DNA from: Octopus sinensis
Lineage: Eukaryota
Length of the DNA: 39,289 bases
Direction of reading: 5' to 3'
Assembly: GCF_006345805.1 (NCBI RefSeq)
Contig: NW_021835563.1
Span: 1-39,289, forward strand
Notes under the pieces: model-generated
Database searches by the model: none
Seen by the model: only the letters and a program-made list of their open reading frames with translations
Told to the model about the DNA's origin: nothing
Translations under genes and position numbers: made by a program
Part shown: piece by piece, positions 1-11,111 of the stretch
How the letters are laid out: each line of letters opens with the position of its first letter
How positions within the stretch are numbered: the first letter of the stretch is position 1

Positions 1-53
1 CCATATAACCTTCGAACAAGGGAGGTCAGTCGCTCCACACTACTTGACCGGCA

Positions 54-95
54 GCAGCAGACGCGTTTCGGGGTATTGCCCCTTTTCAATGCAGC
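54..95 (-). ncRNA. Minimal type I hammerhead ribozyme, U3:A8 core variant (PLE pLTR type)
   Basis: Minus strand reads GCUGCA-UUGAAAA-GGGG caaua CCCC-GAAA-CGCG-UC-UGCUGC. Stem I 5/6 bp, perfect 4-bp stem II, palindromic stem III ACGCGU, GUC triplet with C17 at position 60. Confidence 0.8.
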
Positions 96-171
96 GTAGC
101 CAGACCAGTAGGTGTCGCTTCTGACAATATATATCCTTTATATATATATATATATACATAAATATACATAT

Positions 172-300
172 ATACGACGGGCTTCTTTCAGTTTCCGTCT
201 ACCAAATCCACTCAAAAGGCTTTGGTCGGCCCGAGGCTATAGTAGAAGACACCTGCCCATGGTGCCACGCAGTGGGACTGAACCCGGAACCATGTGGTTG
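172..300 (-). mobile_element. Octopus-type tRNA-derived SINE, body and part of head (rest of head at 3685-3718)
   Basis: cgacgggcttctttcagtttccgtctaccaaatccactc...gggactgaacccggaaccatgtggttg matches the intact copy at ~37850-38010, but stops at 300. Confidence 0.9.
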
Positions 301-1647
301 CTAAACAAGGGACCTCCTAAGCGTGACCTAGACAATTTCGAGCAACATCTTGAACATCAAATTTAAACCTAGAAAAATAACAATCAAGCCCCGCTTAACT
401 AAAATCAATAATATCCTCAAGAGTCTTCAAAAATACTCTGAAATTCTCTTCCAAGCCGTCAAACCCGGCAACATTTATAATGCTTCTCTAGATAAATACC
501 GAGAGCTAATACACAAATAACTACATAAATGATACCGTATTGTGCCAGTCTCGTTCTAAAAGACATTTACATCAAGAATCGTGATCTGGTTTTTAAACGC
601 GCATTAGAAGATAGGACCGGACGTTACTTAACTCGCGCACTCCATATTAACGCAGAAGACCATAAAATAAAATCTGCCGAGAACCCTTCCGTTCACCTCA
701 TTTGTCCCTTCAGTTCAGATATAGGTAAGATTAGCAAGATTTCATCAGACAGGATTATACCCCCAACTACACCTATGGACTGAAATTACTCAAGCCGTCC
801 AGTCGTTTAATTCCTAAAGCCCTAAACATACTTTTAAATTCATCCAGATCGACATAGACCAAATTACTCTGGTGTATCCTTCTCAACAATGTCCTCATTT
901 TTGCAATGATACAATCTAACTTCTCTTGTGACGATATTGATACCATCTTGGCCGCCCGTCGACATGTGATAAAACTGAGTAATTCTAGGCCAATAGAGTC
1001 ATTCGGGATTCTCGCAACCGCGAAATCGAACAGATTAGAAAAAGACCAAGATATCTTTTTAAAACGGTGGGCCTCTGCATCACTTTATGTAGCAGCCTTA
1101 ACACTTCTAATTTCCTAGATGTCACCCTAGATCTATAAAGTCAAATTTTCAACCCATGCCATAAACTTAAGGGGAACCTCCACTACGTCAACTTTTCCTC
1201 CATCCACAACGCCAGTTGTCCTAAACTCTATCGTAGATATCGTATCAAAACGGATTTCATCACTGTCCGCCAGTAAGGAAATATTCGAAAAATACGCTGA
1301 ATATTATAATAGCGTGACGGTCATAAGAATTCGATCGAATATAACCCTGTGTAGAACATTCCTCCCTCAACTAACCTTGGAACCAAGAATACACCCGTCC
1401 TCCACATAAAACAAAAAATATCCCGAAAAACCGATCGTCCTACTAGCCTCCCAAATTTTAAAGTAGTAGATGATCTAACAAACAATCTCCCCACTCGGTG
1501 ACCCTTGACACTAACACTGTCTCAGCCCGCCGATATCAACACCCTTATGCCCTTTCAAAACCCTTTATTTACTCGGATAAACCTATCAATCGGAATAAGA
1601 TAACAAGAACACGTGAAGTTATCTGGTTTCGGTTCTCTAAACAATTC
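301..1647 (+). pseudogene. Degenerate Penelope-like element RT (PLE-1)
   Basis: Frameshifted translations give AVKPGNIY, EDHKIKSAENPSVHLICPFSSDIGKISK, DVTLDL, SKRISSLSASKEIFEKYAEYYN and RTREVIWFRFSK, matching PLE RT and post-RT motifs (KDHK..CRLINP.KSDIG.ISK; IIWFNPP). Confidence 0.8.
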
Positions 1648-3300
1648 TTTTTTTTCCCAACAGAAAGAAAACGAGGTATTGAACCTCTCACTACAATTTT
1701 TACAATTATTGGACTTAATAGTCCATAACAAATAATAACATACAATAATATACAATAAAATATTCAATATACAATCAACACTAGTCCATTTACAAGTGAG
1801 GCACTGAGATTCTTATACATTATAAAACTGAGGCTTTTCAACCTCTTGTCAATCCTCATTATCGCTTGTGTACGTGTACTCCACCATATCCCCTGCTTGC
1901 TTTAAAATCAAGGTATGCTCCGAGTTGGCGTCACCCGGCCACGAGCGATATTCCTCCTTTAGTCCCCCCAGCCTATGAAATATGCGCAGCGTTATGAACT
2001 CCACACCCATCTGCGGAGGCAATTCGGGTTACCGTGCGAAGGCCAAAGGTACTCCCTTGTAGTGTTCTACTACCACCTTTTCCACCACTCCCCCTCTATA
2101 ACAGAAGAACAGCAGTTCATCCACCTCCGGGTCCGAAAAATCAATTCTACCGTTAGCGGAACAATTCTTACCAAGTGTGTCTACCCACGCCACCCCGCCG
2201 GTTGCACGACCCCCACCGATGAGGCTCCATGTCTCCGACTGTCGGCAATATCACGTTTCTCCTTTATCCTCTTTTTGCTTCTTGACTGGGGGAGGGTGCA
2301 TCTCGTCCGTGATCGGAACATGTGCCTCCCCTCCCGCATTCCCAGAATCCTTCGGTGAGCACCCATTATTACTCACCTTCTTCCTTTTGCGGCTCTTCTT
2401 TGAGGCATCCTCTGTCTCATAAGCCGCCTGCATTCCTTCTTCTACAGAGGTCTCCGTCAACAGCTCCAGGACTTAGCTTTGCAGTTGAGGACAGTTATTT
2501 TTTATATGGCCAGGCTCCAGGCACCGATAACACTTGGAGGGGGGCTCCCTCAAGCATCACCGGATACTTGGACCAGCCGATTCTCAAAAAGTCTGGAAAT
2601 ACAAGACTTTCGGCTGACTTGGTCCAGAGGGTCAAAACAGCTTTTGACCCCTCCCAGTAAGCCGCAGGCAGAATATTTACATTGAAGAGCTTGGTGCTAC
2701 TGCCACCAAGACCCAGGCGGATAGTATCTCCTATCCACTCGGTCTCTTCTCTCGGGTGGAAAGCCGCAAACCCAAGCCCTCGTCAAATTCTTCCCACAAT
2801 AAGTGGGAAGAAACAAAATTTCATTGCCTTCCAGGAGCTGGCACGCAAATTCACAATCCACTTCTGGGAAGTCAAATAGTACCACACGTTTGCATATTTG
2901 ACCCTCCGAGTGATAAACTTAATAGCTGGCTTAGATTCTGCTATCTCTCTTTCGATTCTATTTTTTGAAAACGGCAATGGCGTCGAGGATCCTGGAGTAG
3001 GTCCTCAAAACCACCGTCTTACATTCAAGTTCTTTTAATCATCTTTTGGGTGGTATAAATTCCCACTCCACCAACTTTCCATTGTTCTTTGCCATGTTTC
3101 TTTTTTAAAAGTCCAAAAAACACCTCATAAAATACAAAATAATTAAGGAAAAAGAAGGAAGAGTTAAAAGTCCAAACAAAAGAAGAAGAATAAATTAACA
3201 GTTCAATAAAGAGTCTTTTTTAATTAAAAAAGGGGTGAAGAGAGAGCAACAGTTCAAAACACAGCAGAGGCCACTCGGTACTCCAGGCCAAAATTTTAAC
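1648..3300 (-). mobile_element. Poly(A)-tailed element with only a decayed gag/ORF1-like CCHC zinc-knuckle ORF (ATG ~3095, ORF to ~1900); 5' boundary approximate
   Basis: Minus strand: ATG at 3095 (MAKNNGKLVEWEFIPPK...), EILFLPTYCGKNLTRAWVCGFPP, CX2CX4HX4C knuckle CYRCLEPGHIKNNC at 2491-2532, then an AT-rich 3' UTR ending in A8 (T8 at 1648-1655). No endonuclease or RT motifs seen. Confidence 0.7.
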
Positions 3301-3359
3301 GCAAATCATTCCAATTTTCTTCTCATAGGTAATCCTTAACAGGAACAATATTGTTGAAA

Positions 3360-3684
3360 CCTTTTCTAAAAATTCCCAGAGTTATTCCTGGACAAATATT
3401 ATTCTCACACAAAATTTTGCGGCAGGATACGCCCACAAAAACAATAATTTTCACAGTTAAGTCAAAAATTATTCACTCAGCTACAGGAAGACTAGAATCC
3501 AGTGAGGACTTCTTGTTTGCAAAAAATAATTGCGGCAGACAACATGCCCCCACTAGACCCCCAAAAAAGTCTTACCTTACAACTAAGTTTCCAAACTCTT
3601 CAATTTAAGAATGCTTCAAAAACACGTCTTTAGTCTTTACTGCTTCAGTATCAAACACAACTCCGATTCGCTAAGCACAATGAG
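3360..3684 (+). pseudogene. Probable 3' remnant of PLE-1 (linker / GIY-YIG region)
   Basis: Weak translated matches KFPELFLDKYY (cf. KFLxLxDKHF), VKNYSLSY (cf. VKLSYS), NNCGRQ..CPLD (cf. CNCR..CPL) and KTRL...FAKH. Position fits a continuation after the insertion at 1648. Confidence 0.4.
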
Positions 3685-3718
3685 GTAAGCAAGCTACATA
3701 CCACACAGCCACTCCTGC
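3685..3718 (-). mobile_element. 5' head remainder of the SINE interrupted at position 300
   Basis: gtaagcaagctacataccacacagccactcctgc is what follows ggaaccatgtggtt(g/c) in the intact copy at 37961-38010. Confidence 0.85.
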
Positions 3719-3724
3719 ACTGAT

Positions 3725-4770
3725 TCTGGTGATGATTTTCAATTTTTTTTTCACCCCAACGTTTGAAATGATGGCAGGAATCTCTTTAAAAGTTGTGTGA
3801 ATGTTTTGATTTTTTTCAAATCCCCAATCCCAGTCGGTAACGATTTTGGCCAATGATTTTGAATAACGCATTAACAAAAGTTTTGAATGAAAAATTTTGG
3901 AAATCGGTGATCACCATTATAATACATGCTTTTTTTCAAACAAAATGTGAAACGTAGTTTGAAAACAATGGTGACATTTTAAAATTTTGTTCCTTAACCT
4001 CGCATATTCCCAAAACGATGTTATTTTCCCAGCAGCTTTTGCATTTTTTGTCCAACTTTAAGGAAAATCGACGAGTGAGCAAGGCTCATGGCAGTGAGTT
4101 GATTTCAGTTGAGAAAAAAATTGGTAATTTCGCCGGAGCAGTAGTTTTATAAAATCAATAGACGTTTTGCGTGCAAATACCCATAGGGGTTTTATTTTTG
4201 GCCGTAAATTTCATATTTTGTATCCGATTTTAATGAAATATGAAGTGTAGGTAAATGATTGGTGGGGTATATGGGAAATGTATTTATTTAATTCAAAAGA
4301 GCTTGAAAAGGACATAAATGTACATAAGCATTTCCATACAGACATTCTTAACGATTTTGTAGAATTTTACATGTGATTACAGCTCATGTCCATTAGTTGA
4401 CACCTGTATTAAGAGTTGACAAAAATCGATAACTGCGAGTGAGAGGGAGATTTCAAAAAAACAATGGGCTTTTTGTATGCAATTACCCATAGGATTAGTA
4501 TTTTATGCTGTAACTTTTACACAATTCATCCGATTTTGATGAACTTTGACTTTTAGGTAAGGTTTATGGCCGGAGTCATGTAGTAGAATTAAAATTAAAA
4601 TGATGAAAGGCAGAAATCGTCAAAATAATTCACAATAAAATAATGAACTGATTCTGAAGAAAATTGACCAGTGTGTAAAATTAAGCACTTCGACATATAA
4701 AACGTCGATATTATTTATACAATGTATTGAGATTTAAATGTCAATGGAATATTTTCATGTAAATGGTCAG
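3725..4770. repeat. ~1.05-kb dispersed repeat, copy 1 (Helitron-associated / non-autonomous type)
   Basis: Colinear similarity with 36435-37490 throughout. Contains two ~305-bp internal sub-repeats (aaaatcaatag..tacccatagg..atccgatttt.atgaa at ~4151 and ~4457). Confidence 0.8.
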
Positions 4771-5089
4771 ACGTATTCGTCTTATGTGTTTAAACACATT
4801 TAAACATATCTAAACACATAAGAGGTATCACATAAGAGGCAATGTTGGATTGCCTCATGCTTATATGTTTTAATCTAAGCGTACCTGCTGATGAGGACTT
4901 CGCCTAGAAATAATTTTATTTGCTAAAAAAATGTCTGAATCCGTTGTCTAGGAGATAGAGTTAAGCATTTCATAAATTTCATTCCATTCGAAGATTATCC
5001 CTAATTGTGGTTTGGATTTTAGCTGTTCCTTCTGGCGTGCAGCAAATCCTATGACGGGTACATCTTATGTGTTTAAATGTGCACTGTAT

Positions 5090-5116
5090 TTATATCTAAC
5101 AATCTATCTATTTATC

Positions 5117-5160
<44 letters not shown>

Positions 5161-5175
5161 CATCTATCTATCTAC

Positions 5176-5256
<81 letters not shown>

Positions 5257-5262
5257 CATCTA
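5090..5262. repeat. (TATC)n microsatellite
   Basis: Direct reading. Confidence 0.95.
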
Positions 5263-5329
5263 TACACATGTATATACATAGTTGAAGTTTACAGAAAAAT
5301 AAAAGACGAACACAGATATATGAAATAGG

Positions 5330-5635
5330 TGTGTATTAGTTTGACACTCCGGAAAGTGTGAAAGCGCTGTACGTTTCGAGCCTACGATCTTCAAAAGTAA
5401 AGAAAATGAGGAAATCACAGAAGTTCAAAAAGGATTAAATGTTCTAGTGTATTGGAGGGATATTTCATTAACAGATGAGTCCCGTGAGATCCATAAGTAT
5501 ATCCAGTGGCAGTCGGGTAGAGTGCAGATATGTAGAATCGGAGAGGTGCAGAAAGATCAGGCAGTAGTAAGTCCAATATGTAGGTATATAAAGCAGGATA
5601 AAATAGGTGCGACCACTTGAGCGTACAATAGATTC
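5330..5635 (-). mobile_element. PLE pLTR-like fragment with degenerate HHR (~5365-5400)
   Basis: Minus strand UUGAAGA-ucguaggcuc-GAAA-CG-UA; stem II disrupted. Flanked by microsatellites. Confidence 0.4.
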
Positions 5636-6172
5636 ATATATATATATATATATATACATACATAAATATATATGTATATCTATATAAGTGTATGTGTGTA
5701 TAAAGTCAATGGCGTGTCTGCGTAATAAGAAGCTTGATTTCAAACCACATGGAGTAGTGGTCAATGTTAATACGTGCTGCCTTCACCAAGTGTCCAATTC
5801 TATATACTCGTGTCGTGAGACGTTTTGTTGTCAGAAACTGAAAGAGGTCTGTCTTATGTATATACATGGGTGTATGAGTGTGTGTGAGCTTTAATTATTG
5901 TGGTTGTAATAGTCTCTGGAGATATTCCGTTCCCGTAACTTAACAGTTCCTCAAAAGAAACCGATATAATAAGTAACAGACTTTCAAAATTTAAATACAG
6001 TGGAGAATATATTTGAATAAAATACCTTCTAGGAGGGTTGCCAGGATAGCTGCTGATTAATGACTTGAATAATTGGAAGATAATATTCTCTCTATATATA
6101 TATGTATGTGTGAGTGTATGTGTGTGAGTGTGTATATATGACATATACTGGTATGCATGGGTATACGTATGC

Positions 6173-6219
<47 letters not shown>

Positions 6220-6387
6220 TGTGCTTACACACACATACATATATATATATTTATATATGATTAAGTGACAGACCCTCCGTAAATTAATCCAATTAATAAT
6301 GAAAGATATTATTTATAATAAAATATAAATATAATTATATTATTAATAATATACTAAAACATACTATACTAAATTATGCACATTAAA

Positions 6388-6478
6388 TCGACGAGGCGCG
6401 TTTCGTAACCATATATTTAAATCGACTTTATCAAAATTGATAATCTGAAAAATGAATACATAGCTACTCTTCAGGTCT
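6388..6478 (-). ncRNA. Hammerhead motif with intact CUGAAGA/GAAA and 13-bp stem II but GCC at the cleavage triplet
   Basis: Core at 6468-6474, GUAGCUAUGUAUU pairs with AAUAUAUGGUUAC, then GAAA-CGCG-CC. Stem I poor. Confidence 0.6.
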
Positions 6479-6702
6479 AAATAGCATAAAAGAAATTTAC
6501 AACATAAGTGAAGACATCAAAATTAACCCCTTCATTCCATATATATATATATAATATATATATATATATATAAATAAATTTAGGCATATAATTCTTATGC
6601 ACATATGTATACACACAATAACGCACAAAATACGCTCATTCTTATATCCACGCACGCAGACATAATGGCACACACACAGACACACCTATATATATATATA
6701 TT

Positions 6703-6744
<42 letters not shown>

Positions 6745-6978
6745 TATATATATATATATATATATATTATGTGAAATAGAAAGATGAATAATCTTGTAGT
6801 AGATTAATCAAAAGTTTAACCGATACCTGAGTAGCAAAAATCACAGCAGTAAACAGCAGGGTCGGAGGTACAACCATCTGGCGTTGCAACCGTGCGTTGG
6901 TGCGGATAATTGAAATTAAAACATTATTGGTGAATTGAAGAAATGGAGCTGAACGCAGATTGAACAGAAATCGTTTTA

Positions 6979-7066
6979 TTTCATTCTACACGTGTTTCGA
7001 AAGGCACAATTACAAAATCCGATTGAATAATGGGACCATATTGTGTCCTTCTCTTCAGAAGGAAAA
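6979..7066 (-). ncRNA. Type I hammerhead ribozyme (left arm of IR)
   Basis: CUGAAGA (7052-7058), 11-position stem II GAAGGACACAA/UUGUGCCUUUC, GAAA (6995-6998), palindromic ACACGUGU, GUA triplet (A17 at 6987). Confidence 0.75.
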
Positions 7067-7422
7067 AGAAATCCGCTGGAAAAACAAAAGCAGAACAGAG
7101 GCTGAGCAAAAACAAATCGAACTATGCTCCTAAGAGCCCATGGCGAAACTGTTTATCAGTGTATGTTGAGAACCGGTGGCTGAAGAATTCAACGGGTCAG
7201 GCATCGGTCAATCATGTGGGTGAGGGTGTATAGATGTTCTTTGTGACCGAGCATAAAGTTCTGACACCCACATGATTGACCGATGCCTGACCCGTTGAAT
7301 TCTTCAGCCACTGGTTCTCAACATACACTGATAAACAGTTTCGCCATGGGCTCTTAGGAGCATAGTTCGATTTGTTTTTGCTCAGCCTCTGTTCTGCTTT
7401 TGTTTTTCCAGCGGATTTCCTT

Positions 7423-7512
7423 TTTTCTTCCTGAAGAGAAAGACACAATATGGTCCCATTATTCAATCGGATTTTGGTAATTTGTGCCTTTCGAAACACG
7501 TGTAGAATGAAA
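7423..7512 (+). ncRNA. Type I hammerhead ribozyme (right arm of IR)
   Basis: CUGAAGA 7431-7437, stem II GAAAGACACAA/UUGUGCCUUUC (10/11), GAAA 7493-7496, ACACGUGU, GUA (A17 at 7504), stem I UUUUCUUC/GAAUGAAA (7/8). Confidence 0.8.
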
Positions 7513-7565
7513 TAAAACGATTTCTGTTCAATCTGCGTTCAGGTCCATTTCTTCAATTCACCAAT

Positions 7566-7606
<41 letters not shown>

Positions 7607-8408
7607 GAACACGACACACATTCGGAACACAACACACACTTAGTGTGAGCGATATACTTTCATAACGTGTAGGAAGGTTTACTATGAGAAAAGGAAAGAA
7701 GTAAGCAATTAGAGAGCGAACTTTTCGCCTTCTGTCACACAATTTCAAATTTGAAAATTATGTGGTAATTTTGAAATTTATTGATTTATTCGAGAACAAG
7801 TTTAGAAATCACATCAGCGGTTCGAAGTTTTATCATTTTTACCCAATCAGAAAAAAAAGATTTGGAAGCTAAGCTGTTTGTGTGTGAACACTTGTATCAT
7901 AAAACAGAAGTAGGAGAGATTTTAAACAAAATGAAAGCAATGATTGATTTTAATTCACATACACACACAGAGTGAGAGTGAGAGAAAGAGCATCAAATAG
8001 TATGGCAAATATAAGACACATGGGTAGTGAAAGATATAGAGTGGGAGGTTGAGATCTCAAAGTTCGGTTATTTCACCTGGAGGGATATGATATTTATTAT
8101 ATTTTATGGACGATGTTTACCTTGGGAATCGGATTTCGAAAAGCAAATTCGTTTTACTCGAGGACGCAATGTTTCAGAGGCTCGCAGGTCTGAAAACATA
8201 TAAAAAAAGCACATACACCCGTATTTTTATAGCGTATATATAGCGTATGCATTTCTGTATGTGTGTATGTGTGTATGTATATATATATGTATGTATATAT
8301 GTATCTATGTATGTATGCATGTATGTATGTATGTATGTGTGTATATTTGTGTGTATAAATGTATGTATGTATGCATGATTGTATATACATATATATTATT
8401 ATTATAAT

Positions 8409-8445
<37 letters not shown>

Positions 8446-8589
8446 GTAGAAATATGTTATATATATATATATATATGTACATATATTAGAAATATGTTAC
8501 AAGAAGAAAATAGAAAATACACGTCGAAATGTAAAGGGAAAATATGAAAAATCAACGAAAATGCACATTATAAATATAACAAAAAAACA

Positions 8590-10980
8590 CTTTTTATGAA
8601 AGGTAATGACAGATATATACCTTTAGATGGATTGAGGTAGAAATAGGAGTCACAAGATTCATTATTATGAGATGATTAAAGAGTCAGAAAGCATACCATG
8701 CTTTCATCATAAGCCATTCATTGCTTTGAATGAACACCGGCTAATGAACAGTGTTAGGTCTAATAGTGCTTGAATAAAAAGATTATTTGTAAGGGAGGTA
8801 AGTCGTTCTGGATTTTGTGCAGTAAGGTTAGATATAGAATTTGAATCTGAATTTTGTAAGGAATGTATAGTGGTTTATGGTGTTAATTGAAGGGATAGTA
8901 GTGTTCTGTATTAAGTTGTGTCTTTATATTCAGTTGGGGAAGATATTTATTGATGAAAATTGCCTATTTAATCAACCTTTGTTGCATTGATGTGTTCTGT
9001 GAACATTGATAGATGTGGAAAATTTGGAAATTAGGATTAAGATTCCTAGCACACCTTTCAATGTATTCACTAACCTGTAACTGTCTGTATTGTGGTTGGC
9101 GAATTTGTTCCTTGTGGATGGTGGTTCTTCAACGGATTGATATTCTTGTTTGTCTAATATAGTGGTTACCACATCCTAAGCATGTCATGGTATAGATTAG
9201 ATTTTCCGAGTATCGGGTGAACTTTGAATTGATCTTAAATATTTCCTCTTGTTTGAAGTGGATTTCTGAATCCTCCAAAAGGTTGGGACATGTTCCACAG
9301 GTGAGACGACCACACTTTTTCTCTTTTGGCTCTGTTGTTAGTAGATATAGTCTTGCGCTGGTTAATTGTTTTTCAATGAATTCGGTTGTAGTTTGCCTTT
9401 TTAAATTTTGTATGAGCTTAAAATTTCGCTCGTTGTTTTGTCTCCTGTGAGGATGGGAAGATTTTGGGTGATAATATTGAAGGCTTCGTTGTTTCTAGGG
9501 TTATGTGTGGAAATGTACGGGAATATTTTTTAAGTCTGGTTTAGTATTTCGGCTAGCATGCCTTAATATTTGTATATCTATTTCCTTAGCTCTTTTAATG
9601 TATTTTATTTAGTGTTGATCTAATTTCAAGGAGTCTTATTCACGAGTATATGTATCCGAAACTATTGTACAGATTCTTTTCGCTAGATTAAAAAGTGTAT
9701 TAATTTTTATGCGTTTGGGGTGTCAAACAATAGGTATTGTTTAGAATCTGTGGGTTTATAAAATATGTCTGTTTCTATGTGGTTGTAAACTATTTTAATT
9801 AAGATGTCCAGAACAGGGAGTTGTTTACTGTTGTGTTCCAGAGTGAATTGTATATTGCTACGTATGTTGTTAAGCATTACTTTCAAATCAAGGAGTTTGT
9901 CCATGCTGTATTTCCAAAGTATGAAGCAATCATCCAAATACCTCATCCAGTTCTCCTTTAAATAGCAATTAAAAGAGGCGCCAATAATTTTCTAGTGATG
10001 ATTGGTATAACTTCAGTTCTAGGTAACCCATTTCAAGGTTTGAAATCACTGGAGTAGCTCTGGTTTCCATTGCAATTCCACATTTTTTCGATAGTAAGTT
10101 ATATCGAACATGAAATAGTTGTTCAGCAGGATGAATTTGAGTGCTTCGATTATGATTCTGTGGTTAATGCGTCCTGAGATATCTTCTGGGTATTTTCTAG
10201 CCAGAATGTGATTGCTTCTATACCAGAGTCGTGTGGGGTATTGGTGTACAGATTAACCACATCGAAAGATACCAGCAGCGTTCCTTCCTTTACTGTATTC
10301 GGGAGGTGGTTCAGCATGTCTAGGTCATCCCTGATAAAGCTTTTCACATATTTGTAAAGAACGTTTGGAGTAAGAAATCGAGGAAGTTGCTTAAATGGTG
10401 GGTTCCACAAGAAGGGCGAACTATGAGAGGTCTCAGTTTGAGGTCAGTAGGTGGAGGGACATTAATGCATAGGCTTGTAGAGATTTTGCAGGCTTCACAA
10501 ATGTGTGGATTTTTATGTATTTTGGGTAATCCATAGAATAGACTAGGACTGTATTTAAAATTGGTTAAAAAGTCTATTTCAAGGTTAGTGAGACCCTTTC
10601 TATGAATTTGGAGTAAGGAGGGCAAGTTTTTCAGTGTTTACTGTGGGTGGTTATGTATTAATTTCTCATAGTAAATATTATTTTCCAACATGGAAAGTGT
10701 TAAATATTTGTAGTATTCTGTATTCACCACTACTACCGCACTTCCGTTGTCGGCTTCTTTGGAATACGTTGAATTTCGAATTTACGAGGCAAAATTATTG
10801 GTGTAGAGTTTAGCCAGCGTTCGTAGATTTCTGCCTTGTGGTTGTTTTAATCGTATTCCAGAAAGAAAAGTTTCTGGCTTTAATGTTTCATTCCATATGT
10901 GGATAATGTGGTTTTTGATAGATGGTGTGGAGGGATTGCTATCTTGTGTATCATCTATAGGAAGATTTACCAGTAGCACT
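8590..10980 (-). mobile_element. Penelope-like element PLE-2 (RT + Cys linker + C-terminal GIY-YIG endonuclease), degenerate, 5'-truncated
   Basis: FYGLPKIHK..LRP, LVSFDVVNLYTN, RYLDDCFILW, ETDIFYKPTDSKQYL, linker KCGRLTCGTCP, and EN NLIYTMTCLGCGNHYIRQT at ~9000-9215. Many stops and frameshifts. Confidence 0.93.
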
Positions 10981-11047
10981 CAAGAGCATCCTCACACAAA
11001 ACTCACACACACAGAACACACACACACACACGCACACATACACACAC

Positions 11048-11108
<61 letters not shown>

Positions 11109-11111
11109 GTA

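Larger units (their letters stand above)
6918..7573. repeat. Long inverted repeat: arms 6918-7222 and 7265-7573, 42-bp spacer; PLE pLTR-type fold-back element (element begins ~6790)
   Basis: Arms are reverse complements with only about ten differences by eye. Bounded by (TA)n tracts on both sides. Confidence 0.95.

Noticed and set aside
7122-7158. Second HHR-like motif in the IR arm (cctaaga-gcc cat ggc-gaaa-ctgtt)
   Set aside because: Core lacks G5, the triplet is weak and no stem I was found.
8165-8200. Hairpin with GAAAC..GUC on the minus strand
   Set aside because: No CUGANGA-like core upstream.
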